This document shows positions 27,012-37,646 of a DNA stretch of 64,000 bases, piece by piece. Under the pieces are notes generated by a model. The model did not search any database. It saw only the letters and a list, made by a program, of their open reading frames with translations, and was not told the DNA's origin. Position numbers and translations under genes: made by a program. Positions within the stretch are counted from its first letter, which is position 1, and each line of letters begins with the position of its first letter. The stretch is from a virus (Duplodnaviria; Caudoviricetes): positions 1 through 64,000 of the IMG/VR virus record IMGVR_UViG_3300033066_001917, one strand, 5' to 3'.

Positions 27012-27401
27012 TCATGGCTTTTTTACGGATCCAAAAGGTGAAAGAGTGTCCTCCAGAATAGAGCGAAGCTCTTGAATCCTGGGGGACACTTCGATTTTCC
27101 CATCTTCCCAATCCGTGATTTCCTGAACTGGAATCCCACTATGAGAGGAGAAATCTCCCTTGGTGAGGTGGGATGCTTTTCGAATGAATTTAGCACGAGC
27201 AGGGCTGACGGGCATGTCCAGAAGGTGAAGGGCAAGGCGTGATTCTGCATCCCTTAACTCCCCAAGCGTGACATAGACAGCACCACATCGGGTACATCGA
27301 TACCCGACCACCTGACAGGGGAAAGTGTCCTCCAGGGAAACCGGGATTGTTTCCGTAGCTGCGGCAAATATGGTTGTTCCATCACAAGTGGGACAGTTCA
27401 T
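27012..27401 (-). CDS. MqsA-like antitoxin (Zn ribbon plus Xre HTH)
   Basis: MNCPTC...CTRCG.VY...IRK...LT...F....G.....I..WE.G. Confidence 0.8.
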   Translation of the reverse strand: MNCPTCDGTTIFAAATETIPVSLEDTFPCQVVGYRCTRCGAVYVTLGELRDAESRLALHLLDMPVSPARAKFIRKASHLTKGDFSSHSGIPVQEITDWEDGKIEVSPRIQELRSILEDTLSPFGSVKKP

Positions 27402-27476
27402 GGTCACAATTACGCACCGGATTTGGATAGGGGTTCCACCAAGCTCCATTTCTGAGTGTTATGATGGATGGCTTTT

Positions 27477-27875
27477 TCAAGCCATTGTGGTTTCTTTCGA
27501 AAGCTTCAGTTCGGGGAGATCAATCCCATCATGTACCCCTGTGATGTCCACGTGGGCCAAGCCATCTTTTGGCCCATAAGTACCAGTGATGATAACTTCG
27601 GGCCGCAGAGCAACGGGACCCAGATCCAGAAAGATTTTTTTTGATACTGCAACGAGATCCCGAGGGTTTTTGACTTTGACTACAACATAGGGGTCGGGTC
27701 TATCACATTCGAATTGTCGAGTCTTCCCGTCTCCACTATCCGTTGTAGTGTATCCTAGATTGTGGAACCAGCGAACTGTTTCTCTGATCCCTGGGTTCAA
27801 AAGATTGTAGTCAAAGGGTGTCATGGGTCGGATTACGACGACAGCCCCGTAAAACAGATACATAAGAACCCCCAC
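27477..27875 (-). CDS. hypothetical phage protein
   Basis: L.PGIR..V......G..TTDSGDG, reminiscent of a TYW3-like N-terminus. Confidence 0.6.
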   Translation of the reverse strand: MGVLMYLFYGAVVVIRPMTPFDYNLLNPGIRETVRWFHNLGYTTTDSGDGKTRQFECDRPDPYVVVKVKNPRDLVAVSKKIFLDLGPVALRPEVIITGTYGPKDGLAHVDITGVHDGIDLPELKLSKETTMA

Positions 27876-27956
27876 AATCTAAATACCCCGCCAATGAAAC
27901 AGCGTAGAGCAGTAGACCCCATATCCCCCGTCCCAGCACGGGAAAAGGAATGAAAG

Positions 27957-28778
27957 TTGATTCACAAATCTGAACCAAAGCCTCTACGGTCCCGAAGACC
28001 CTACATAATCGGGGTTCTTTCGGATATGCACTTTGGCATTATCCACAAACCCACCCTTGCGGCATGTGAAGAGTGGTGCAAAGACATTCGTCCGGACGAG
28101 ATCTTTCTCAACGGGGACTCTTTTGATTTCAGTATGCTCTCGGCATACCCGAAAAGCGCTGATGCCCTAGCTTGTGCAATTGATGAGGTGAAAATCGGAG
28201 TTCCCATCATCAATCGATTGCACAAGTACACAAAAAGAATCCGAATTCTATATGGTAACCACGACAAGCGGTGGGAGAAAGCGGTTCTTGGAGCCAATGC
28301 CCAGGCACTTAAAGGGGCAAAAGGTCTAACCTTAGCGGATCAATGTTTCAACCAGGGGTTAGATAAAAGAGTTGAGTGGTGCAAGGAAACCGCGGCAGCT
28401 CCCGGGGTGTGGTTGTCAGATTCCGTTGTTGCCCGCCATGGGGATCTACAAGCCGGAAGGTTTGGTGGGTCTCCGAATCTGTGCGTTAACAAGCTCAACA
28501 AAAACAACGGGTTTAGTGAGCTCGTGGGTCACCACCACAAAGCACAGCTAGCCTACCGGACAGCCTTTGACCGAACAGCCTTCGTTATGTCGTTGCCTAC
28601 CATGGCTGACTACGAGGACTATGCCCCAGCAGCCGACTGGCAGCGGGGATGGGCAGTCCTATCCCTACACAAGTCACCTAAAACCGAGGGCCACACGATC
28701 GTCCAACCCTCCCTGGTGCTAGTGGAGGAAGGTCTGGCCATGTGGGGGGGTCGTACGTACGGGAGGCACTGCCCGTGA
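27957..28778 (+). CDS. calcineurin-like metallophosphoesterase
   Basis: SDMH, GD..D, GNHD.R, HGD, GHHH. Confidence 0.85.
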   Translation: MIHKSEPKPLRSRRPYIIGVLSDMHFGIIHKPTLAACEEWCKDIRPDEIFLNGDSFDFSMLSAYPKSADALACAIDEVKIGVPIINRLHKYTKRIRILYGNHDKRWEKAVLGANAQALKGAKGLTLADQCFNQGLDKRVEWCKETAAAPGVWLSDSVVARHGDLQAGRFGGSPNLCVNKLNKNNGFSELVGHHHKAQLAYRTAFDRTAFVMSLPTMADYEDYAPAADWQRGWAVLSLHKSPKTEGHTIVQPSLVLVEEGLAMWGGRTYGRHCP

Positions 28779-29320
28779 CTTGTGTAGTGGGCCTTGAAAC
28801 CCCACAGGGTGTGTGGATGGGTTCTGATAGTTTCTTCGGTACCGAAGAAACTAGAGACCTCATTGACAGGCCCAAGTGGTTTACAAAGGGCCTCCTTACG
28901 TTTGGATGGGCCGGAGATGCTCGCCCGGCTCAAATCGTAGAGCATGACATTCATTATCGTGGCCCGAGACAGGGAGAAAAACCACTGTCTTATCTAGTGA
29001 AGGTTGTGTCTAAAGCCATCCACAAAAGTCTAAGGGATGCCGGATGTAATCTGCGAAATCAGGGGTCCACCGATGAGACGGGAACCAGTTTCCTGGTTAT
29101 TTTTCGGGGTAAGCTTTACATGCTTCAGGGGGATTACTCGATTGTAAGAAGTCCCAGGGGGTGCGCAGCGATTGGTGTTGGGTCCGGGGTAGCTCTTGGA
29201 GCTCTATCAGCCCTTAAAAATCGGATACCACCCCAAGATGCCGTCAAAGAATCTCTCACGGTAGCGGCGGAATGGTGCTCTCAGGTAGAGGGTCCATTCC
29301 ACCTAACCCTTCTACGTTAG
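28775..29320 (+). CDS. HslV/proteasome-beta-like Ntn peptidase
   Basis: GTG start gives N-terminal TCVVG; GSDS, G.AG, AIG.GS..ALGAL. Confidence 0.8.
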   Translation: MTCVVGLETPQGVWMGSDSFFGTEETRDLIDRPKWFTKGLLTFGWAGDARPAQIVEHDIHYRGPRQGEKPLSYLVKVVSKAIHKSLRDAGCNLRNQGSTDETGTSFLVIFRGKLYMLQGDYSIVRSPRGCAAIGVGSGVALGALSALKNRIPPQDAVKESLTVAAEWCSQVEGPFHLTLLR

Positions 29321-29735
29321 ATCCCCCGTATCTCTGTCTTTCTTCCGCATCGATCCGGGCACACTCTTCCTCAATCAAGTCCTGTTCCATCTTATATTGA
29401 TGGAGCAGTTGATCCCTTTCATCCCCCACCTTCTCATTTGAAGTGAGGAAAATATAGGTCATGCCTCCACCATCATAAGAGGGCTCGACGACAACGGTCC
29501 ACAGACCCCAATTATCAATACGCCATGTACCCAGTTTGTACAAATAAGGAGCGTTGGATTTTGGGGTTTCCCGAAACATCACCCCAGTGTCGGTTATGCA
29601 CCAAGGGTCCGTAAGTCGGAATTGGACTTCATTGTAATAGGGGATACCCGTCAACTGTGAAATCTTTCGGGTACCTATTTGAGATAACCGAACGGCCACG
29701 GCGCCCAAGATCCTGAAGTTAGAAAGAAGACTCAT
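29256..29735 (-). CDS. hypothetical phage protein
   Basis: Co-oriented ORF coupled to the upstream gene. Confidence 0.6.
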   Translation of the reverse strand: MSLLSNFRILGAVAVRLSQIGTRKISQLTGIPYYNEVQFRLTDPWCITDTGVMFRETPKSNAPYLYKLGTWRIDNWGLWTVVVEPSYDGGGMTYIFLTSNEKVGDERDQLLHQYKMEQDLIEEECARIDAEERQRYGGSNVEGLGGMDPLPESTIPPLP

Positions 29736-30111
29736 ATTCCCGCACCATATTGCTCAGTGCTTCAGCAGTTACAAGATTAACTGCTCGGAGGATGAGGATG
29801 GTTGGTTCCCCATCCTCATCCTCCGATACGTCAAAACCACGAGCAAAAACAAAGTCCCCATCCCTCTCCAGATCGAAATTCTCTGCGTCCAACATTCGAA
29901 CCTTTCGAACTGGAGCCTCAAACTCGTTGCGGGTGTAGTACAAAAACTTCCATTCACTCATTCCCCACAGATGACCCGTAACATCGATGATGTTAACATC
30001 ATCCGCAAGGTTGAACTTCAAACAAAGAGCCAGAAATTGGCCTCGGACTTGCTGGAATGCTTCTAGGTCGGAGAGGGTCATAGTTTGTGCCTGTGGTTGG
30101 GTTCGGTCCAC
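29719..30111 (-). CDS. hypothetical phage protein
   Basis: 130-aa ORF. Confidence 0.6.
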   Translation of the reverse strand: MDRTQPQAQTMTLSDLEAFQQVRGQFLALCLKFNLADDVNIIDVTGHLWGMSEWKFLYYTRNEFEAPVRKVRMLDAENFDLERDGDFVFARGFDVSEDEDGEPTILILRAVNLVTAEALSNMVREYESSF

Positions 30112-30668
30112 TTACCGCGAAGTGTTCCCACTGGGAGTGAGGAAACGTCCGCGAATGGAAAAGGTTTAGGGCAAAAGGGAAGAACTTCTACCGACACACA
30201 CCGGCACTTTGCCAGGACATCATCATTGATCTCTGACCCGTAAGGATTGGAGTGGATATGACCGTGAAGAAGAAGACTTGAAGATGCTACATCTTCTTGC
30301 GTAAAGTGATTGGGATCATGGCGCATGGTCACAGTCCCGAGATGCGGATCTCGGATAACTAGATGGTCATACATAACATCCCCCCGCTCGGTATTTAACC
30401 AAATGTGTGGCTTCTTGTCGTGGTTCCCGCGAATGAGCGTGATCCGACCGTGAAGACGATGCCTATACACGGGAATCAAAGTTGGGAGCCCCATGGCAAA
30501 GTCCCCCAAATGATAAACGTGATCATCAACCCCAACCACGTCATTCCAGGCATTGATTAAGGTCTCAGTCATTGAAGTATGATCTGGTCCCCAGGATTGG
30601 CGCATGGGCTCGTAATCTCGGATTTTAACGTGACCGAGATGGGTGTCACTAATAATCCAGGTTTTCAT
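30078..30668 (-). CDS. calcineurin-like phosphoesterase (phage NinI-like subgroup)
   Basis: SDTHLGH, WN..V...D.VYHLGD, GNHD, HGHIH. Confidence 0.9.
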   Translation of the reverse strand: MKTWIISDTHLGHVKIRDYEPMRQSWGPDHTSMTETLINAWNDVVGVDDHVYHLGDFAMGLPTLIPVYRHRLHGRITLIRGNHDKKPHIWLNTERGDVMYDHLVIRDPHLGTVTMRHDPNHFTQEDVASSSLLLHGHIHSNPYGSEINDDVLAKCRCVSVEVLPFCPKPFPFADVSSLPVGTLRGKWTEPNHRHKL

Positions 30669-30982
30669 GGGGTGAGTGCCTTCTGAATCTGTGTGAGAAG
30701 AGAAACTCTTGTTTTCTCGTCAAGGTCCCCAATCTCATACCGAAGGTCCCATTTTCCGGAAGTGGATTTTCGGTATGTTCGGTACGCAAGACAACGGCCA
30801 AGGTTGCCTGTTTTTGAATCCCGAGCATAAAGCCACACGTCGTAGTGACTATCCTCACGGGGGTAAGCGACTACGCATTTTGATGGGTCTCGGCTTAGGG
30901 GGGACTCAAGAATAGGCCGGATGTCTTCAAGATCCATAAAGACCATAACCCCCGGGGTGAACTTCCTGGTGGTGGGATCCAT
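30665..30982 (-). CDS. hypothetical phage protein
   Basis: Stop overlaps the next start (ATGA). Confidence 0.6.
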   Translation of the reverse strand: MDPTTRKFTPGVMVFMDLEDIRPILESPLSRDPSKCVVAYPREDSHYDVWLYARDSKTGNLGRCLAYRTYRKSTSGKWDLRYEIGDLDEKTRVSLLTQIQKALTP

Positions 30983-31385
30983 GCTCGATACGCTGGTAGA
31001 GGATTCGGGGGTTCCCGGTCTCTAGCAGGAAAAAAAAGATACACTCGAAGTCATAAGGGGAAATTCCCTGTTGATCATCTTCCACACACCCCTCGAATTC
31101 TTGAGCAAAACCCGCGGTGCGAAGCTTTGCCACAACCGAAGCATCAACCGTTGTCTCTTCATAACCGGAGCAGATTTTCCGGAGTGAAATTCCAACCTTA
31201 CACTCCCCGGCATAAACTGCTTGCCGCCACACCGAAACAGGCTGATTAGACCAGAAGTATTGCCGCGAGGTTCCCTCGTGACCATCCTCCGACCAATCCC
31301 CGAAAACAACCGGGATAAGATGAGAAAGGGGAACCCCGTCAACCCGAGGTGGATCGGTGGGGGGGAATGGGTCTGTGTAGGTCAT
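30927..31385 (-). CDS. conserved phage hypothetical protein
   Basis: GDWS.DGH...C..YE...GGYGLY motif. Confidence 0.75.
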   Translation of the reverse strand: MTYTDPFPPTDPPRVDGVPLSHLIPVVFGDWSEDGHEGTSRQYFWSNQPVSVWRQAVYAGECKVGISLRKICSGYEETTVDASVVAKLRTAGFAQEFEGCVEDDQQGISPYDFECIFFFLLETGNPRILYQRIEHGSHHQEVHPGGYGLYGS

Positions 31386-31397
31386 TGAAGTTCCCTT

Positions 31398-31724
31398 TCA
31401 ACGGGAGATGGTGTAGAGAAGGAGACCACCAGCGATAACGTTGCCACCCAAAAGGCCGCTCAGAATCGTGCTGTAGATGTTGTTTCCGGATACCAGAAGG
31501 TAAAGCCCACCAGAGACAAGGATTTCAAGAATCCCAAACCCATAGATGTGAGTGGAAAGATGGCCCGTGGCTAGGGAAACACCCGCGGCGGCTCCCCAAA
31601 CACCCAGAGCCAGAAAGACAAGGCTAAAAAAGCGATTGGTGGCTTGAGTCTTGTCCATCAGGGCCGCACTGATGAGATACGAGAGAACCAGAAAACACGA
31701 GAGGTAGAGAGAAAAAGAGTTCAT
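31398..31724 (-). CDS. membrane protein
   Basis: Four hydrophobic segments, AAGGA RBS. Confidence 0.7.
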   Translation of the reverse strand: MNSFSLYLSCFLVLSYLISAALMDKTQATNRFFSLVFLALGVWGAAAGVSLATGHLSTHIYGFGILEILVSGGLYLLVSGNNIYSTILSGLLGGNVIAGGLLLYTISR

Positions 31725-32083
31725 GGGATTCCTTTCAATTTACTTACGCCAACATTCTCAAAACGGAGGGAGAGGGATGACGATTTTCTTCCACCAGCTA
31801 TCCGGGCGAAAAGGTGTGTCTTCACAATCCCATCCCATGTCATACATTCGAATGGAATCAGGGACTAGTTCCCCGTCATCATTATAGCCCAAGGCATCCG
31901 GGAAAACCCGAATCTCCACTGGCCTAATGGCCCCCTTCTCAAAAAGCCACCACAACCCCGCTTCGGTCCATGTGTCAAACCAACCGTCTTTGGACTTGGT
32001 GACACAACGATAGAGATGGGCGGGGCACCAATCCCAATAGGACGGTTTGATAGAATCACATTCAGGTATGGTCATGCAACCTG

Positions 32084-32389
32084 TTACTGGCTAGACCAAG
32101 AATTTAGCCACTCTTTCAGATCTCCCCCATCGATCAGGTAAAGAATCAGCTCTCGAAGGGTATCCCCATAAGAGAACCATTCTCCCCGAAGGCGGGAGGA
32201 GACGAAAATCTGGTGAAGTAAAGTTTCATCTTCCCGACTACCACGGGTCTCCACCAGGACTCTTAGGGGCGATGAGTTAAAAGTTTGCCCCTCTGATCTT
32301 CGAGCCCCAACTTTGCGACGAGTATACCCAATTTTAACAGGACCCTCTGGAGGATCCGCTTGAATGAAGTATACGGTTGGAGAATCCAT
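32084..32389 (-). CDS. GIY-YIG/T5orf172 family protein
   Basis: VYFI...VKIGYT...R....QT...E..LH..F...R..GEWF. Confidence 0.85.
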   Translation of the reverse strand: MDSPTVYFIQADPPEGPVKIGYTRRKVGARRSEGQTFNSSPLRVLVETRGSREDETLLHQIFVSSRLRGEWFSYGDTLRELILYLIDGGDLKEWLNSWSSQ

Positions 32390-32600
32390 AACCCTGGCTT
32401 ACGAGGGTTTGGTAACCCGAGCGCGAAAATAGCACAATGATATTCTCGCATCGAGAATAAGTCGCTTTTCATTCTCGATGAGAATATCCGGGGCGTTTAG
32501 AGAACGCAACTCCTCAAGTCTTGCACAACGACGAGCAAGGATTGACCACCATTCTCTCTCCGTGCGTGGAACAACTGGAGATGGGGTAGGGACAGAGAAT

Positions 32601-32930
32601 TTATTTGTTCGATCCGGGATCACCCTCCACACTACCCGGATTGCAGTTAGGGCAAGAGGTAGCGAAGTGTGGGTTGCCCCCATGATAGAGACCCCGACCA
32701 CACAGTGCCCCGCACGGTGCACGGTGCTGGACCATTGTATCCCCGAAATTGTAAGAGGCCGCAACTTTGCAGGTTACCCCGCAAAGCTCGCACGGATGAG
32801 TATGACCAACGCCGAAAAGGGTGGGGTAAAACGCACGGAAAATTGTTTCCATTTTTTCTGATGTCCGAACCATTTCGGGATATGGTACAAGGAATGAGCG
32901 AACCAGATTTTCGTAGTCTTGTTTTGTCAT
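32601..32930 (-). CDS. Cys/His-rich hypothetical protein
   Basis: CELCG...H.APCG.LC...CPNC. Confidence 0.6.
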   Translation of the reverse strand: MTKQDYENLVRSFLVPYPEMVRTSEKMETIFRAFYPTLFGVGHTHPCELCGVTCKVAASYNFGDTMVQHRAPCGALCGRGLYHGGNPHFATSCPNCNPGSVEGDPGSNK

Positions 32931-33191
32931 TTGTCACTCCGCCGCGATCATGAGAGAACGAGCCTCATACTTATCCAGAACGAACTCATCGGTCCCAGCC
33001 CAGGCAGTTAGAACCATTCGGCGGATAAGGTTATTGACCAAATTAACCTCATCGGAGTCTCCCTGGAGTGTACCCATTGGAGTCCCAAAGCATACCTTGA
33101 AAGGAACTCGTAGGACACACTGCGTTCTCGGAGACGTTACAAGAAGGTAACTGGATTCAGTGTTGAGACTGATGGGGTACCAGACACCCAC

Positions 33192-33371
33192 TTATGAATC
33201 ACTTTCGCTATCATCGGACGAAATAATAGACCCCACGATAGAACAGAGGGCTTCGAGGATGTCCACGAAAATATCGAAGCCCCACGAAGGGGATGTACCG
33301 GAGGAGCCTCGAAGCATCCAACCGAGAATCAGGAGGAAGAGAATGACACAAATGATGATGAGAATTTCCAT
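33192..33371 (-). CDS. small membrane protein (not in ORF track)
   Basis: MEILIIICVILFLLILGWML..., GGAAGG RBS. Confidence 0.6.
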   Translation of the reverse strand: MEILIIICVILFLLILGWMLRGSSGTSPSWGFDIFVDILEALCSIVGSIISSDDSESDS

Positions 33372-33837
33372 AGTTACCTTCCAGCGAAAAGCCTACCCCT
33401 AACCAATGTCCATCCCTGCAGCCCGCCACTCGGCGATGCGAGCGTCGCGTACACGATTCGAAAGCTCCGGGTACCGAAGGCGGGAACTACCATCAGGGGT
33501 AAACATAGGGAGAGCCCCACGAGCCGCGCGGCGGAGATCAACCGCGCGGTTGATCTCCGCATAGAGACGAGTGCGAAGAGAATCCCCCTTGGGACCAACA
33601 GGAGCCTCGAAGAAAGCTCTTCGCAGAGAAGGAAGGTTGTCCGAAAGATTTTCCATGGCTACCTCAGATGGTATAGCCGCTTTTGAAGGTTTTGACGGTA
33701 GCACCAGAAGGTGCCACCACTGAATATGTGTGGGAGGGGTACTTAGAAGACAACCACCGTGCGAGACGGCGGGATCCATCGTAAGACCGAAAACCCGGAA
33801 CCGAACCTCGACTGCTACGGATCGTGAACATAAAACC

Positions 33838-34278
33838 TCAGGCTTTGATGGTGAGGGGGCGAGGCCAGTGGGGGGGCCATTGCGCGAAGGAGGAAGCGAT
33901 CTGGAGAGCCATCTTCGCGACGGTATCCGCCGGAACCATGTGCAGATTCCGCTGCGCAGCCACCGCTGGGTCCACGTCCAGGTGAATGAACTTGACCGTA
34001 GCCCCGACCATTTCGGCGAGAGCCACGTAGGGGGCGAGGTTCACGAGGTTCGTGTTCGTATTGTCCACCACGATGTCGAGCCCGCGATGAAGTGCCGCGA
34101 GGTACTTCCGGAGGGCATCCGCGTGGGCCTCGCCCAACTTACGCGGGTCGAAACGATAAACTCCGTCCGGGCCCGTGAAGTAGTGATCAGCGCTGATCAC
34201 CGTGTTGCCCGGGAGTTTCTCCCGAATGTAGGTGGACTTGCCGGAACCCGAAACCCCGATCATGAGAGTGACGATCAT
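33838..34278 (-). CDS. AAA_33/N4BP2-like polynucleotide kinase
   Basis: GVSGSGKST, SADHYF, LGEAH, IVVDNTN. Confidence 0.85.
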   Translation of the reverse strand: MIVTLMIGVSGSGKSTYIREKLPGNTVISADHYFTGPDGVYRFDPRKLGEAHADALRKYLAALHRGLDIVVDNTNTNLVNLAPYVALAEMVGATVKFIHLDVDPAVAAQRNLHMVPADTVAKMALQIASSFAQWPPHWPRPLTIKA

Positions 34279-35268
34279 ACGTGTGTAACTCCATATTCGA
34301 CGATGTAGCCAATGCGATCGAGGTACTCCAAGTAAACCTCGATTTGACGTTCCGTGCGGGAAACCAGAAGAAGGCGCTGGAAATCCGAGAAGGACATTCG
34401 GCCCTCGGAGAGGGTCCACGCTGGACCATCATCAAACCACACCCCGGGTTCATGCCTCGTGACTTGAAGGAAGTTGTCAGCACTCACAGGAGCTCCGACA
34501 AAAGGTAGAAGTCCACCATGTGAAGGCGGGCGAGGAGATCCGAGAGCTCCCCCTGGGGAAGCTTGTAGCTCTCCACCAGGAACGGAGTCGCGTAGGGGTG
34601 ACCCAACGGAAGGCGGGCGAGGAGAGTGTCGCGCACTTCCTCTTCGTCCAACCCCGCCTGGGTTGCCAGACGAAGCAACTGGGAAAGGCTGTAGACAACC
34701 GCAAGGGGCTCGGGGGAGCGGAGATTTTCCATGACGTTTTCCTCACCCTGATATCGATTGAGTGTGTTCGAAACCAACCGAAATCTTCACCCGGCGTTTT
34801 TACGCACGGGATAGTTGATTCGAATCTTGGTTTCGGGTGGAAATCGGGACCGAACCAAAAAATAAGCCAGAGCCAAACAGATACCCCAGAGAAAAAGAAC
34901 GTAGATCATGGGAGGTAATCCTTTCACCCCCATATCGACCAAAGGTAGGCAACCCCAATTCTAAAATAGCCCAATCCAATTATCTACCTGTAAGGTAATG
35001 TAGTTATGAGTACCCAATGGTCGGATAAAAAGGTTGCGTTTCATCAAGAGTGGTCCCGGGCAATGGAGGGTAGGTACTACATGCGTGGGGACAAGAAAAA
35101 GTGGTTTGCGCTTGAGCAACACTTTCTCGCTGCGGAATTGAAAGGGGACCCGGCGATGGACTATTATCTAGATTGCGCTCGAAAGTTCTGCGAGGAAACC
35201 ACAAATGGATACGCCGAATGGCCAAATGGGAAACCGTGGTTTTTAGTGGATTGAGTGTAGAGTGGGCC

Positions 35269-35565
35269 ATGGATGAGGGTAGAAAATTCGACTCCGATAA
35301 ATTAAGGTATTCTCTTCTCCCTTGGGAAGCTGTTCAATCAACGGTTGAGGCTTTGGAGTATGGAGCCAAAAAATACGCAGTAGATAACTGGAAACATCTC
35401 CCCAACCCGGAGACTCGCTTTTTCGACGCCGCCATGCGACATCTTCTTGCATGGCATTCTGGGGAAGAAATGGATTCGGAGTCTGGGTTACCACACTTGG
35501 CTCATTGCTCGTGTTGCATTCTTTTCCTTCTCTGGTTTCAACTGACCAAAGTCCGTTCCCGGTGA
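35269..35565 (+). CDS. dATP/dGTP diphosphohydrolase domain protein (DUF5664)
   Basis: G.K.D..K.R..LLP...GAKKY...NW...A..RH...GE..D.ESGLPHLAH. Confidence 0.9.
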   Translation: MDEGRKFDSDKLRYSLLPWEAVQSTVEALEYGAKKYAVDNWKHLPNPETRFFDAAMRHLLAWHSGEEMDSESGLPHLAHCSCCILFLLWFQLTKVRSR

Positions 35566-36096
35566 GAAGCCACTAAGCCAGCTTCTTCGTGAACACTTCG
35601 GGAAAATCCCCCTATCAGGTATATCTCTACCCAACCCCTCCGAATTTAGCACGGTTTAGCCGGGCTCTTTTCAGAACTGGGGCTTCCCTTACCAGCACCA
35701 GGATACCCGAAAAAGCAGCTCACCCATGGTCTGCTTTGGTGTGGATACCCAAAAATCTGGTTGGGACTTTCCGGTCAATTTGCCTTCCGGAAAAAATTGA
35801 CGAAGTTCCCCTGTCGGCAGTAGGGGCGCGGTGGGGGTAAGCCATGGGAGACCCTATGGAAACCGTTTTGACTACCTACGCCAGTCTTTTGGAACCGGAC
35901 ACCCCGTCGGACCTTAATTCCGATATGTCAGTTTTTCTCCTCGCCCTAGACCTTCATGGTCACGGTGGTATGGCCACCTGGGTTTGGGAAATGGTCACGA
36001 TGGCTAAACATCTTCGTGGAGAGGAATACGGCAGGAGAATCCTGAACACCTACCTGTCAATTGCGTTCTGCAACTCCAGCTTTGGTAAATGCTAAA

Positions 36097-36729
36097 ATGG
36101 AAATAGAAAAAGGAGAGGACGGACTATGGTGGGTTGTTAAAGAAGGAGTTCGGACAACTTCGTTCACAACCAGAACGGAAGCCCGATTGTACCTAGGGCT
36201 ACCTACAACTTTAAGGTACGTAAATCCAGGTGACTTGGATGAAGCTTATTTTGATCGCCTCAGTCCCATAGAAGCTAGGATAGCATCCTTAAGGCTTCGC
36301 GGGGCAAGCCAATCAGAAATCGCGATTCAGGTCAACGTCACCCAACCTACCGTCGCCTATCACCTCCGCAAAGCAATTTGGAGAACTAGAATCCTCAAAA
36401 AATGCCCTGGTCTGGATCTGAAAAGTTTAACCGGACCTTTACAGGAGATTGTAGGGGTCAAGGACGCCGAGCTATTTTTGGATTTTGTTGCTCTAGCTTC
36501 CCAGTCTAAAGTATCAAGGAAGCATGGCCGAACACAAGGATTTGTTCGCCACAGAATCAAGAGGGTAATACAGATCTTAGAAGGCCATGAGAAGTTTGCT
36601 CAACTTCTAGAAGCCGCCCGATTGCGATTCAGGCACCCAGGGGCGTTCCGAGTCAGCACCGAACCAAACGAAGAGTTTGGTGATACTCAGCTTGCAGTGC
36701 GGACACCTTCTCGTCCATTGACTGAATAG
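36097..36729 (+). CDS. sigma region 4/LuxR-type HTH protein
   Basis: LSPIE......LRGASQSEIA..VNVTQPTV..HL; second HTH-like unit. Confidence 0.75.
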   Translation: MEIEKGEDGLWWVVKEGVRTTSFTTRTEARLYLGLPTTLRYVNPGDLDEAYFDRLSPIEARIASLRLRGASQSEIAIQVNVTQPTVAYHLRKAIWRTRILKKCPGLDLKSLTGPLQEIVGVKDAELFLDFVALASQSKVSRKHGRTQGFVRHRIKRVIQILEGHEKFAQLLEAARLRFRHPGAFRVSTEPNEEFGDTQLAVRTPSRPLTE

Positions 36730-37105
36730 CCCGAAGTGCAGAGTTCTCCTTATTCACAAGGTGGTTGATGGCGGACTCCGCCAAAGCCACGACGTGTTTA
36801 CAAGCCCGCTTACGATTGGTCCAGTCTGGACAGGTGCAGTGGTGGCCCGTTGAAGGAAGAAACGTAATTCGTGTCTCCCAACCATTGAGGGTGGTGCCAC
36901 GAAAAGAATGAACCTCCCCATTGATTGTCTCCACCCGGAACAGGGAGATCCCCACATCTTTAGCCCTGGAGATGACCGCCGGATCCGCGCTGGGAATAAG
37001 ACGATCTCGAAGGATCCCACGGAGTTTACCCAACGATTCAGCCGCCATCACGAACCCGGCGCGAAGTGTTGGAAGATCGGGAGAGGCAGGGTAGGATGTT
37101 GTCAT
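36653..37105 (-). CDS. SWIM zinc-finger protein
   Basis: CTCPDW......CKHVVAL. Confidence 0.8.
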   Translation of the reverse strand: MTTSYPASPDLPTLRAGFVMAAESLGKLRGILRDRLIPSADPAVISRAKDVGISLFRVETINGEVHSFRGTTLNGWETRITFLPSTGHHCTCPDWTNRKRACKHVVALAESAINHLVNKENSALRAIQSMDEKVSALQAEYHQTLRLVRC

Positions 37106-37646
37106 GGGATACTGGTCTCTTACGGACGAGCAGAGGATCCTGCTACAAAAAATCGTGTTCAAAAGGAACGTTTTGGATCTTGGGGCGGGGGACCTGACCC
37201 TATCCGAATGGTGCCTTCGTGCCGGAGCGGCATCCGTCACCGCCGTAGACACTTACCTGGATCGCCGACGAATTGAAGGGGTGATTCCTGTGTCCTGTAG
37301 GTTTCAGACCTACCTAGAACAGACCGTGGGTGATCCGCCTCATGATGTGTTAGTTCTATCCTGGCCAACCCGTTACGAATGTCTTGGATTGGTGGATCTT
37401 TTGAAAAAACACCCATGTGTTGTGTATCTTGGGAAAAACACAGATGGCCAGTGGAGTGGAACTCCTGGTATGTTTGAGGTTCTACAAAAAAGAGAAATTC
37501 TCCATCATATTCCGGATACGAGAAACACAATGCTCGTGTACGGTAATGAACCCGTGGATCGATCCCCCGTTTTAGAGGAAAAAGCTGGTATGGATCGAGA
37601 GAACCTGTATTTTCAGGATTCAGAGAAAAGGACAAAAGATGCGTGA
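37104..37646 (+). CDS. class I SAM-dependent methyltransferase
   Basis: VLDLGAG motif I, V.AVD, VL.WP. Confidence 0.75.
   Translation: MGYWSLTDEQRILLQKIVFKRNVLDLGAGDLTLSEWCLRAGAASVTAVDTYLDRRRIEGVIPVSCRFQTYLEQTVGDPPHDVLVLSWPTRYECLGLVDLLKKHPCVVYLGKNTDGQWSGTPGMFEVLQKREILHHIPDTRNTMLVYGNEPVDRSPVLEEKAGMDRENLYFQDSEKRTKDA

Noticed and set aside
37103-37106. Divergent genes sharing a CATG start overlap
   Set aside because: Either gene could use a downstream start codon; this cannot be resolved from sequence alone.
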